DNA from: a virus
Lineage: Duplodnaviria; Caudoviricetes
IMG/VR virus record: IMGVR_UViG_3300023055_000005
Length of the DNA: 64,000 nt
Reading direction: 5' to 3' (one strand)
The notes under the pieces: model-generated
Told to the model about the DNA's origin: nothing
Seen by the model: only the letters and a program-made list of their open reading frames with translations
Databases searched by the model: none
In this document: positions 45,819 through 53,098 of the stretch, one piece after another
How positions within the stretch are numbered: position 1 is the stretch's first letter
Layout: each line of letters opens with the position of its first letter
Program-made: the position numbers and the translations under genes

Positions 45819-47139
45819 CTATTTCCTCCTCGCCATGAACAGCGGGGCATACCGCTGGAAGGCGTGGACGATCGAAGCGTTCGCTGTCACCAACCTTGCC
45901 GCCAAGGATCAGAACCGCAAGGCTGACCCGTGGACCGACCCGGAAGGTGCAAAGCAGCCTGGTGGCTATCCGTGTTCGCTGTTCTGCGAAGGCGATGTGG
46001 TGTGGTTCCATCATCCGGAAAGCGGCGAGCGCATTGTCATCGAAGACATCAAGCCGATGACCCAGCCGTTCAACTTCATGGACGAACTGGAGATCACCCC
46101 GGATGAAGTACCGAACCTGGACAAGGCAACCGTCACCACCTACGGCAACCTGCTGTTCAACTTCAACGTGTTCGTCTACGCATTCGGCGATGTGATGCCT
46201 TACATCAACGGGCCGGTCAAGGTTCGTAAGCTGGAGGCAGAACTGGAACGCCGGATGTACGATGACGGTGAGACTCCGCCTGAAGGTGGTGTCACCATCG
46301 CGCAGTATAAGAAGTTCGCTGAAGCCATGCTCTCGCTGGCTGGCCTGACGCAGCTGTGCGTACCGGCAGCTACTCCCAAGACGCTCGTGGTCAACCCGGC
46401 CATTATCAAGCGTCGTGACGAACTGCTGGCAGAGAACAAGGATCGTCTCCATGACCCGGCGGTGATTGCCGACATCGAGAACGAGCTGATCGCCATGGAT
46501 CGTGCGGACTTGGCTGGCGATGAGAGCATGGGCTTCTTCATCGACAACAAGTCCTTCGACATCGTCCGTAAGAAGACGCTGATCATGCACGGTGCCGAGT
46601 CTGCGTTCCAGGACGGCAACCATGTCCAGCTGATCCCGACCTCTCTGGATGAAGGCCTCGATCCGGACTACATGACCGAGTACGCCAACTCGCTGCGTGA
46701 GGGTTCCTACGCCCGTGGCACGTTGACGGCACTGGGTGGTTCGAAGGTGAAGGAAACCTATCGAGTCTCACAGAACGTGAGCGTCCAGCCGGAAGACTGC
46801 GGCGTGAAGTTCGGCATCCCCACCCTGATTCCGAAGGGGAAGGAAAAGTTCTACATCGGCAACTACTACTTCGAGAATGGCAAACAAGGCCAGGTCACCG
46901 AAGAGAACGTGTCCGATCTGCAGACCCGTGCGATCGAAGTAAGGTCGCCCATCTATTGCCATGCGGAAGGCTCGAACTACTGCCGCTTCTGCGTAGGCGA
47001 TGCGCTGGCCTCGGCTCCCGAAGCAATCCCCACCCTGCTGGCTGACGTCGGCTCGGACATGATGGGTCGCTTCATGGCACTGATGCACGGCAAGAAACTC
47101 TCCACGGCCAAGTACGATTTCAAAACGGCCATTTCGTAG
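45805..47139 (+). CDS. rpoC: Virion RNA polymerase beta' C-terminal subunit (gp80-like)
   Basis: SL.EG, NSLREGSYARG..TA.GG..VK bridge helix, EDCG, RSP.YC......YC..C.G and trigger-loop GS.MM..FM..MHG. Confidence 0.9.
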   Translation: MLKRDYFLLAMNSGAYRWKAWTIEAFAVTNLAAKDQNRKADPWTDPEGAKQPGGYPCSLFCEGDVVWFHHPESGERIVIEDIKPMTQPFNFMDELEITPDEVPNLDKATVTTYGNLLFNFNVFVYAFGDVMPYINGPVKVRKLEAELERRMYDDGETPPEGGVTIAQYKKFAEAMLSLAGLTQLCVPAATPKTLVVNPAIIKRRDELLAENKDRLHDPAVIADIENELIAMDRADLAGDESMGFFIDNKSFDIVRKKTLIMHGAESAFQDGNHVQLIPTSLDEGLDPDYMTEYANSLREGSYARGTLTALGGSKVKETYRVSQNVSVQPEDCGVKFGIPTLIPKGKEKFYIGNYYFENGKQGQVTEENVSDLQTRAIEVRSPIYCHAEGSNYCRFCVGDALASAPEAIPTLLADVGSDMMGRFMALMHGKKLSTAKYDFKTAIS

Positions 47140-47196
47140 CATGGTATGCAGAATGCCAATGCTGCCCAACAACTTCATTGACCCAGAGGTATAAAC

Positions 47197-48072
47197 ATGT
47201 CGTATCAGCAGAAGAAGCTCAAGGACTGGACCGATGCCGATTTCAAGGCCTGGTCGCAGGCCGGCGCCGAGAATGTCAACGGCACCAAGAACACCGTCAT
47301 CTTCAACCGTGCCCGCGGCCGCTTCGAAGGCGCAGCTGATCTGGATGATGCCGCACTGATCGGCCTGCTGAGCCAGCTGGAAATCGAAGGCGAGGCTCCG
47401 GTTGCCGAAGTCGCCTCGGCCAGCGAAGAAGACGCCGGCCCGTCCGAAACCGTCGAAGGCGTCGTGCTCGACGAAGCTCCGACTGCCGAAGAAACCGAAG
47501 CTGCCGAGCGTGTCGACAGCGTCGTGGAAACCCCGGTCAACACCCGCGCTGAACTGGACGCCGTGCCCGACGACATCGCCGGCCCGAACACCCCGACCCC
47601 GCGCGTTGCCACGGTGAAGGAAAACGTGTTCACCCCGATGGGCAAGCTGACCACCGACGTGCTGGTGCGCAGCGAGCTGGAGACCTACCTGAAGGAAATG
47701 GCTCCGGGCAAGGCCGTCAGCGCTGACCGCGTGGTCGAACTGCAGCTGCGCCTGTGGCGCGTCATCAAGCGCGTGCTGAGCTCCAACGGTAGCGACTTCA
47801 GCGCCAGCTTCGGCTACATGCTGCAGGTCTTCGCCGAGAACGACACCAAGCACTTCCACGTCGACCGCATCATGCGTGGCTTCAACCGCATCGGCGCCCG
47901 CCTGCCGGCCCGCGAGTTCAACGCGTTCCGCAACATGCTGGACACGATGAAGCTGCTGGGCAATCCGGCCACCCGCAAGATCACCCTGACGCAGACCGAT
48001 CTGCCGTACGCTCTGCGCCATCTGGGCGATGAAGAGCAGGGCAAGGTCCGCGCGTACTTCGAAGGCCTGTAA
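47197..48072 (+). CDS. Conserved highly expressed hypothetical protein
   Basis: 291 aa with an acidic low-complexity middle and helical C-terminal domain. Strong codon bias. Terminator at 48085-48133. Confidence 0.8.
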   Translation: MSYQQKKLKDWTDADFKAWSQAGAENVNGTKNTVIFNRARGRFEGAADLDDAALIGLLSQLEIEGEAPVAEVASASEEDAGPSETVEGVVLDEAPTAEETEAAERVDSVVETPVNTRAELDAVPDDIAGPNTPTPRVATVKENVFTPMGKLTTDVLVRSELETYLKEMAPGKAVSADRVVELQLRLWRVIKRVLSSNGSDFSASFGYMLQVFAENDTKHFHVDRIMRGFNRIGARLPAREFNAFRNMLDTMKLLGNPATRKITLTQTDLPYALRHLGDEEQGKVRAYFEGL

Positions 48073-48084
48073 CGGGCCATGTAG

Positions 48085-48133
48085 CCTGCCTAGGAGGACT
48101 TCGGTTCTCCTAGGCAGCTATGCCCTTTATGCC
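48085..48133 (+). terminator. Terminator hairpin (UUCG) + TATGCCC-TTTATGCC
   Basis: TAGCCTGCCTAGGAGGAC-ttcg-GTTCTCCTAGGCAGCTA. Confidence 0.8.
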
Positions 48134-48270
48134 GTCAAAATAATTTCAACCATACAACACCTACGTGAGGTCTCAACAAAACGCAGGCCTTACTAAGCGG
48201 CATAAAGCCCAGGGCGCGGGAACGCCCTGGGCCGTACTGCCTTACTTCTACTTCAATGCGGAGAAAGCGC

Positions 48271-48399
48271 ATGTCAAACAAACGTCCTCGACCCCCAAAG
48301 ATTGAGTACGTCAAACCAACTAAACATCCACTGGGCCAAAAGCCCGGTAGGATCTTGAAGCAGCTCTTTCGAGCGAATGGAGGTGAGGTAGCAGCCTAA
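48271..48399 (+). CDS. Small basic protein (42 aa, not in ORF track)
   Basis: GGAG SD. MSNKRPRPPKIEYVKPTKHPLGQKPGRILKQLFRANGGEVAA*. Followed by a GAAA hairpin. Confidence 0.5.
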   Translation: MSNKRPRPPKIEYVKPTKHPLGQKPGRILKQLFRANGGEVAA

Positions 48400-48456
48400 C
48401 CGCCATTCATAGTATCGGCTAGGGGGTAAGAAATTACCTCCTAGACTACCCCTTAA

Positions 48457-48500
48457 AAGTCGATTCCAATAACTTTCACCTCTATATAACTCAGGTGAAG
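48457..48500 (+). promoter_or_regulatory. Early promoter, copy 1 of a 44-bp element
   Basis: AAGTCGATTC...TCTATATAACTCAGGTGAAG, 37/44 identical to 51393-51436. Confidence 0.8.
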
Positions 48501-48554
48501 AGCCACATCAATCAAAGTAATTCCCTTCCGTTAGACTCACCAAGGAGTAACATC

Positions 48555-48734
48555 ATGGACATCAGTGATAACGCAGTGAAGCTGATCGTAGCAGGTGCTG
48601 TCGTAACTGCTGCTGGTTTGGGTTATGTGACCTACAAGAAGGGTCGCAAAGATGGCGTCCGTCTGGGCGCTGCCATCCAGCTCGGGCTGTACGACGACAA
48701 GCTGCGCAAGAACAAATCCCCCAAGGCCAAGTAA
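48555..48734 (+). CDS. Small membrane protein with basic tail (59 aa)
   Basis: AAGGAG SD. LIVAGAVVTAAGLGYV helix and KLRKNKSPKAK tail. Confidence 0.75.
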   Translation: MDISDNAVKLIVAGAVVTAAGLGYVTYKKGRKDGVRLGAAIQLGLYDDKLRKNKSPKAK

Positions 48735-48744
48735 GGACACTATC

Positions 48745-48948
48745 ATGATCATCGCAAAAGAAGACGCAATCGTTGCTGGCATCTCTCTGGCTGTTGGCGT
48801 CGCTGCAGTTGGCGCTGCCATGTACTTCGAAGGCAAGGCCCGTGGCCTGCGCTCCACCGGCGCTATCCAAGCAATGGCTGCTGGCGTTCGTGCCACGGCG
48901 GAGGCTGAAGCTGCCGCCAAGAAGCCGGCCAAGAAGACCCGTCGCTAA
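48745..48948 (+). CDS. Small membrane protein with Lys/Ala tail (67 aa)
   Basis: AIVAGISLAVGVAAVGAAMY helix and AAAKKPAKKTRR tail. Confidence 0.78.
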   Translation: MIIAKEDAIVAGISLAVGVAAVGAAMYFEGKARGLRSTGAIQAMAAGVRATAEAEAAAKKPAKKTRR

Positions 48949-49017
48949 ACGCACCAAGCTGTAAACTGCAATACGAACACCCAACCCCTTCCGCAGTACC
49001 CCTAAAGGAGCATCACC

Positions 49018-49245
49018 ATGAACTTCAAGCACACCGCTATCTTCGCCCTGCTGGTTTCCTTCTTCGGAATCATCGGCTATGGCATCGCTGACAAGGCACT
49101 GGCCTATGAGGTCTCTGTCTGCGGCACCGGCATCACCCTCGCATCCCAGCTGATGCGCGACAACACTCCCCACTGCAGCGTGACCTCGATCGGTTTCTTC
49201 AGTGGCCACCAGTCTTCCCGGATCGTTTTCCAGGAGCAGCAGTAA
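49018..49245 (+). CDS. Small membrane/secreted protein
   Basis: AAAGGAG SD, N-terminal hydrophobic helix, two Cys. Confidence 0.72.
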   Translation: MNFKHTAIFALLVSFFGIIGYGIADKALAYEVSVCGTGITLASQLMRDNTPHCSVTSIGFFSGHQSSRIVFQEQQ

Positions 49246-49586
49246 TGACCGGTATCAAAGGAACCTACAAAGACGACAAGGGCGTCGTCCGTGATATCCG
49301 CCAGATGCCCAACGTGGCTGAGGAAGTAATCAAGATGGAAGCTGAGGCCGCTGAGATCGACGAGGCTGAAACTTTCCTCGAAGACCTGGTCAACGTCAAG
49401 AAAGAAGACGTGCTCCTCACGATCGACGTACCCGAAGCCAGCGGTTGGTTCCGTAAGAAGCTGTTCTTGTCCGATGCCTTCATGACCGAACTTGAACGCC
49501 AGCTCTACGGGGAAGGACGTGACCGCATTCGTGCTCGCCGCCGCCGTGCTCGTCAAGCTTCCAATCGCCGCCGCCGCAAGAAGTAA
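49245..49586 (+). CDS. Acidic protein with C-terminal Arg-rich motif
   Basis: TAATG coupling. Ends RDRIRARRRRARQASNRRRRKK. Confidence 0.78.
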   Translation: MTGIKGTYKDDKGVVRDIRQMPNVAEEVIKMEAEAAEIDEAETFLEDLVNVKKEDVLLTIDVPEASGWFRKKLFLSDAFMTELERQLYGEGRDRIRARRRRARQASNRRRRKK

Positions 49587-49680
49587 CCCGCCAGTACTGG
49601 GAGTCTCCGTAAGGAGGCTCTCGGTGCTATGTCCACCCAAAGGCTTTTCTTTTAGCCAGGAGCAATGAGGAACTACAGCC

Positions 49681-50082
49681 ATGATCGACACGGCTACGCT
49701 TAACCAAGTGCACATGGAACAAGTCGCCCAGTGCGGCAAGAAGTTCCACCATGCAGCAGAAGTTATCGGCTGTGACGTCATGCGTCGTATCGCTTCCCTG
49801 CTCCTCGACCGGGACAAGCTGTACAACTACTACCGCCGCCCCGGTTACACTGCCAGCCTGAATCAGCCCAAGCCGGAGATCGAAATCAAACTCCCGCTCT
49901 TCCTGGGCTATGACCTGCTGAACTCCATCGACAACTCGATCCAGCTTACGCTCCAGAGCGAACTGGAACGAGCCCTAGACGAAGTCGCCGAAACCGTCCG
50001 CCTGCAAATTGGCAAGCGTACCTACAGCGGCGAAGATCGTTCCGACAAACTCACCATCGTCCTCAAGGGCGAACTGATCTAA
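49681..50082 (+). CDS. Hypothetical early protein
   Basis: 133-aa ORF with GAGGA SD. Confidence 0.72.
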   Translation: MIDTATLNQVHMEQVAQCGKKFHHAAEVIGCDVMRRIASLLLDRDKLYNYYRRPGYTASLNQPKPEIEIKLPLFLGYDLLNSIDNSIQLTLQSELERALDEVAETVRLQIGKRTYSGEDRSDKLTIVLKGELI

Positions 50083-50110
50083 TTCCCTCAACTACCAAAG
50101 GTATACGAAA

Positions 50111-50479
50111 ATGATCCAAGTCAACACCAACAAGCTGCGCGGCGAACTGACCGAAAACCAGCAGGTGATCGTCAAGACCGCCATCGCCGCCATCGCCACT
50201 GCTCTCACCGACGGTGAGCTGGTTCTCTCCAGCTCGGAAACCATCAAGGACATGCTCATCATCAAGCTGCCGTTGGCCGAGGCCTTCAGCCGCGAACTGC
50301 ACCAGTCCATCGACTTCGCCACCAAGTACGAGATCCAGCGTCGTCTGGCGGCGGAGATTGTCGAAGCCCGCAACGTGATCTTCAACATCGATATCGGCGA
50401 TCGCTACGAGTCCGATGAGCAGTACGAGAAGAAGTGCCTGGACACCCTGAACTTCACCATCCCGGCGCCCACGGTCTAA
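50111..50479 (+). CDS. Hypothetical early protein
   Basis: 122-aa ORF with AAAGGT SD and biased codons. Confidence 0.75.
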   Translation: MIQVNTNKLRGELTENQQVIVKTAIAAIATALTDGELVLSSSETIKDMLIIKLPLAEAFSRELHQSIDFATKYEIQRRLAAEIVEARNVIFNIDIGDRYESDEQYEKKCLDTLNFTIPAPTV

Positions 50480-50543
50480 TCGACCTGGGCTCCACCCTTT
50501 CCCCCGCAACAAACCTTCCGTTTACTAGCAAAGGAGTTTCACC

Positions 50544-50960
50544 ATGAAGAACCCGCTCAATGTCGTCGCCGCTTACAACGAAGCCAACCTGGTCAGCTTC
50601 CACAAGACCGGCCTGCGCAACATCGCAACCGAACGTTCCGAGACGCTGGTAACCCTCGGCAATGCCCTGACCGAGATCATGGGCAACCCGAACGAGATCC
50701 GCAAAGCCTACGAACCCGCTGAAGGCGTGGTGCGCTTCTCCGTCCGCGTCAAGTACTGGGACAAGTTCGTCACCGGCATGATGCGTCCGGCCCTCGACGA
50801 CGCTGGCCTGAACGGCACCGAGATCACCTGCAACACCGACGTCGAAGTCATCGGTTACGATTTCGCCGACGTCCTCATGGTCACCTTCACCGTACCGCTG
50901 GTCGACCCGGCCATCCTGGAAGCGGCCGCTCTGTCCGAGCTGGAACCGGCGGGGGAGTAA
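50544..50960 (+). CDS. Hypothetical early protein
   Basis: AAAGGAGTTTCACCATG leader. Confidence 0.78.
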   Translation: MKNPLNVVAAYNEANLVSFHKTGLRNIATERSETLVTLGNALTEIMGNPNEIRKAYEPAEGVVRFSVRVKYWDKFVTGMMRPALDDAGLNGTEITCNTDVEVIGYDFADVLMVTFTVPLVDPAILEAAALSELEPAGE

Positions 50961-51023
50961 TCCCCCGTAACACCCCCCTCCCCCAAGTCATCCACCATCC
51001 CTTAGTCTTTGGAGTACCTAGTC

Positions 51024-51143
51024 ATGATCAAGAACATTCTCGCAGTCGTCGGTGCCGCTGTCGTCCTGAAGCACGCTGTCAAGATCGGTGTCAAGTTGTC
51101 CAAGGACTACGCCGAGCTGGAAGGCTACCGTCGCGTCAAGTAA
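51024..51143 (+). CDS. Small membrane-associated peptide (39 aa, not in ORF track)
   Basis: GGAG SD. MIKNILAVVGAAVVLKHAVKIGVKLSKDYAELEGYRRVK*. Confidence 0.7.
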   Translation: MIKNILAVVGAAVVLKHAVKIGVKLSKDYAELEGYRRVK

Positions 51144-51183
51144 GTCTGCAGTACAACTCCCTCCGCTACCAAAGGTAATCGCA

Positions 51184-51393
51184 ATGTCCATGTTCTCCCG
51201 CAATGACCTGATCGCACTGGGCGCCACTGCTGTTGTCGCCATCGGTGTCACCTACGTCAACCACCGCATCTCCAAGAACGTGATCGCCGCACTGACCTCT
51301 CCGGAGTCGCGTGCCAAGATCGCCGGTGCCAAGAACAAGCCGGCTCCCAAGAAGAAGCTGAAGAAGGTTGCCACCCGCGCCGCCGCTGCTTGA
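51184..51393 (+). CDS. Small membrane protein with Lys/Ala tail (69 aa)
   Basis: AAAGGT SD. LIALGATAVVAIGVTYV helix and KNKPAPKKKLKKVATRAAAA tail. Confidence 0.78.
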   Translation: MSMFSRNDLIALGATAVVAIGVTYVNHRISKNVIAALTSPESRAKIAGAKNKPAPKKKLKKVATRAAAA

Positions 51394-51436
51394 AGTCGAT
51401 TCAAACAAACTTGAGTTCTATATAACTCAGGTGAAG
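51393..51436 (+). promoter_or_regulatory. Early promoter, copy 2 of the 44-bp element
   Basis: AAGTCGATTC...TCTATATAACTCAGGTGAAG. Confidence 0.8.
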
Positions 51437-51497
51437 TAGTACCCGCAATACCTGCAACACCCACCCTTATTTCCAAAACAAGCAAAGGAGTTTCACC

Positions 51498-51947
51498 ATG
51501 TCCGCAGTCCTCAAGAATTCCGCCACCACCGTCATCACCGCTGAAGTGCTGCGCCAGATCGCAGCCAAGCTGCCGCAGATCGAATACAACCCCGATTGGG
51601 CCAACGGCACCGGTTACTTCAACGGCGCCTGTGAGTTCAAGCTGGAGCACACCGCCGCCTTCACCGATGACATCGGCCGTGTCGGCATCATCCACCCGGT
51701 TGACCTGCCGCAGGGCCGTACCGGCAACATCGTCCTGTTCCAGCGTGACAGCAGCAGCCGTGTCTGCGCCAACGTCCCGCTGGGCTACAACAACGATGAC
51801 GAAGAAAACGCCAACATCGGCAAGACCTACCAGGGCAAGATGGTCACCAACGGCTTCACCCTCAGCGCCCATGGTCGCTGGTACGACTACGAAGATCTGT
51901 CCAACCGCATGATCTTCGACCTGGACACCCTGCTCGCCCTCGCATAA
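51498..51947 (+). CDS. Hypothetical early protein (WANGTGYF motif)
   Basis: AAAGGAGTTTCACCATG leader. First gene after promoter copy 2. Confidence 0.8.
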   Translation: MSAVLKNSATTVITAEVLRQIAAKLPQIEYNPDWANGTGYFNGACEFKLEHTAAFTDDIGRVGIIHPVDLPQGRTGNIVLFQRDSSSRVCANVPLGYNNDDEENANIGKTYQGKMVTNGFTLSAHGRWYDYEDLSNRMIFDLDTLLALA

Positions 51948-51975
51948 ACCAACCCAAGTAAAAGGATTCCCGCTC

Positions 51976-52158
51976 ATGTCCCTGGACGAACGCATTGAAC
52001 GTAGTCGTCGCGAACTCCTGGCCCACATTGGCGGGAAGTCCGATTACCAGATCCGCGACGAAGCACGCCGCTTCAACGCAGCACATCAGTACAAGAACAA
52101 CAACTCCTCCGCACAGGTCAAGCGCCTGTGCAACTCCTCCTACAAGTTCGACGCCTAA
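51976..52158 (+). CDS. Small hypothetical protein
   Basis: AAAGGA SD, 60 aa. Confidence 0.7.
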   Translation: MSLDERIERSRRELLAHIGGKSDYQIRDEARRFNAAHQYKNNNSSAQVKRLCNSSYKFDA

Positions 52159-52173
52159 GAAAGGAATCTCCAA

Positions 52174-52455
52174 ATGTTCATGCACTCCTCCGAACGTACC
52201 GCCCTGTTCGCAACCGCCGCCATCGCTGCAGTCATCGTCGGCGCCGCCGTTGTCCACCAGCGCAAGCAGAAGAAGGCGATGACCGAGTTCGAAGAATCCA
52301 TCGCCAACCTCGGCAAGATCAACCTGAGCCCGGCTGCCACCTTCGCCGCTCACGGCGGCGTGGTTGAACTGTCCAAGTTCCGCGCAGCCAAGGGCAAGAA
52401 GGCCGCAGCCAAGAAGACCCCCACCAAGAAGCCGGCCGTTCGTAAGGTCCGCTAA
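52174..52455 (+). CDS. Small membrane protein with long Lys/Ala tail (93 aa)
   Basis: ALFATAAIAAVIVGAAVV helix and AAKGKKAAAKKTPTKKPAVRKVR tail. Confidence 0.8.
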   Translation: MFMHSSERTALFATAAIAAVIVGAAVVHQRKQKKAMTEFEESIANLGKINLSPAATFAAHGGVVELSKFRAAKGKKAAAKKTPTKKPAVRKVR

Positions 52456-52456
52456 C

Positions 52457-52552
52457 ATGGGCAGCCTGATCTGGCGCGTCTCCTCCCGCGCTGTCGTGGC
52501 TGCGGGCATCATCTACCTCCTCAACTTCCACCCGATGAACAAGTACGAATAA
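52457..52552 (+). CDS. Small hydrophobic peptide (31 aa)
   Basis: ATG two bases after the previous stop. MGSLIWRVSSRAVVAAGIIYLLNFHPMNKYE*. Confidence 0.55.
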   Translation: MGSLIWRVSSRAVVAAGIIYLLNFHPMNKYE

Positions 52553-52601
52553 TCGTACCTCATCAATCCCTTCTCGCAATACCAATCCAAGGAGTTTCAC
52601 C

Positions 52602-53039
52602 ATGACTTTCGCAAACATCGTCTTCGTCGCCATGACCGTCGCCTGCCTGTTCGGTGCATACCAGCTGTACTGCATGCACACCGGCAAGCTGACCAAGCGC
52701 ATCCTGCGCAACGTACACCGCCTGACCGATTCCCTGTTGGCCATGAACCGCCGCACCAGTTCCGAGCGTCAGGACTGGGTGGGTCAGATGAACCTGTGGT
52801 ACGGCGTCATCACCGTGGTCTTCTGCCTGGTGGCCGTGTACTTCGGTGCCATCCACGTCTGCATCCCGCTGATCGCCGCCTTCGGTATCACCCGCGAAAG
52901 CAACGCCATGTACCTGCGACTGGTGGAAGCTGACGTGGCCAACCTCGAAGAGAGCGCCAACACCATCAAGCGTGACATCATGGAAGGTTGCCGTAATCTG
53001 GACCTGAGCAACATCAGCGCCAACGTCGACCGTCTGTAA
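52602..53039 (+). CDS. Multi-pass membrane protein
   Basis: AAGGAGTTTCACCATG leader. Hydrophobic helices at the N-terminus and mid-protein. Confidence 0.78.
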   Translation: MTFANIVFVAMTVACLFGAYQLYCMHTGKLTKRILRNVHRLTDSLLAMNRRTSSERQDWVGQMNLWYGVITVVFCLVAVYFGAIHVCIPLIAAFGITRESNAMYLRLVEADVANLEESANTIKRDIMEGCRNLDLSNISANVDRL

Positions 53040-53042
53040 GCG

Positions 53043-53098
53043 GCATAGCTGGGCTCCCCGCGAGGGGAGCCCAGTATCCAGTCCTCTTTTTTTTTGCT
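53043..53098. terminator. Bidirectional terminator
   Basis: CTGGGCTCCCC-gcga-GGGGAGCCCAG with a downstream T-tract and upstream GGCATAG. Confidence 0.8.
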
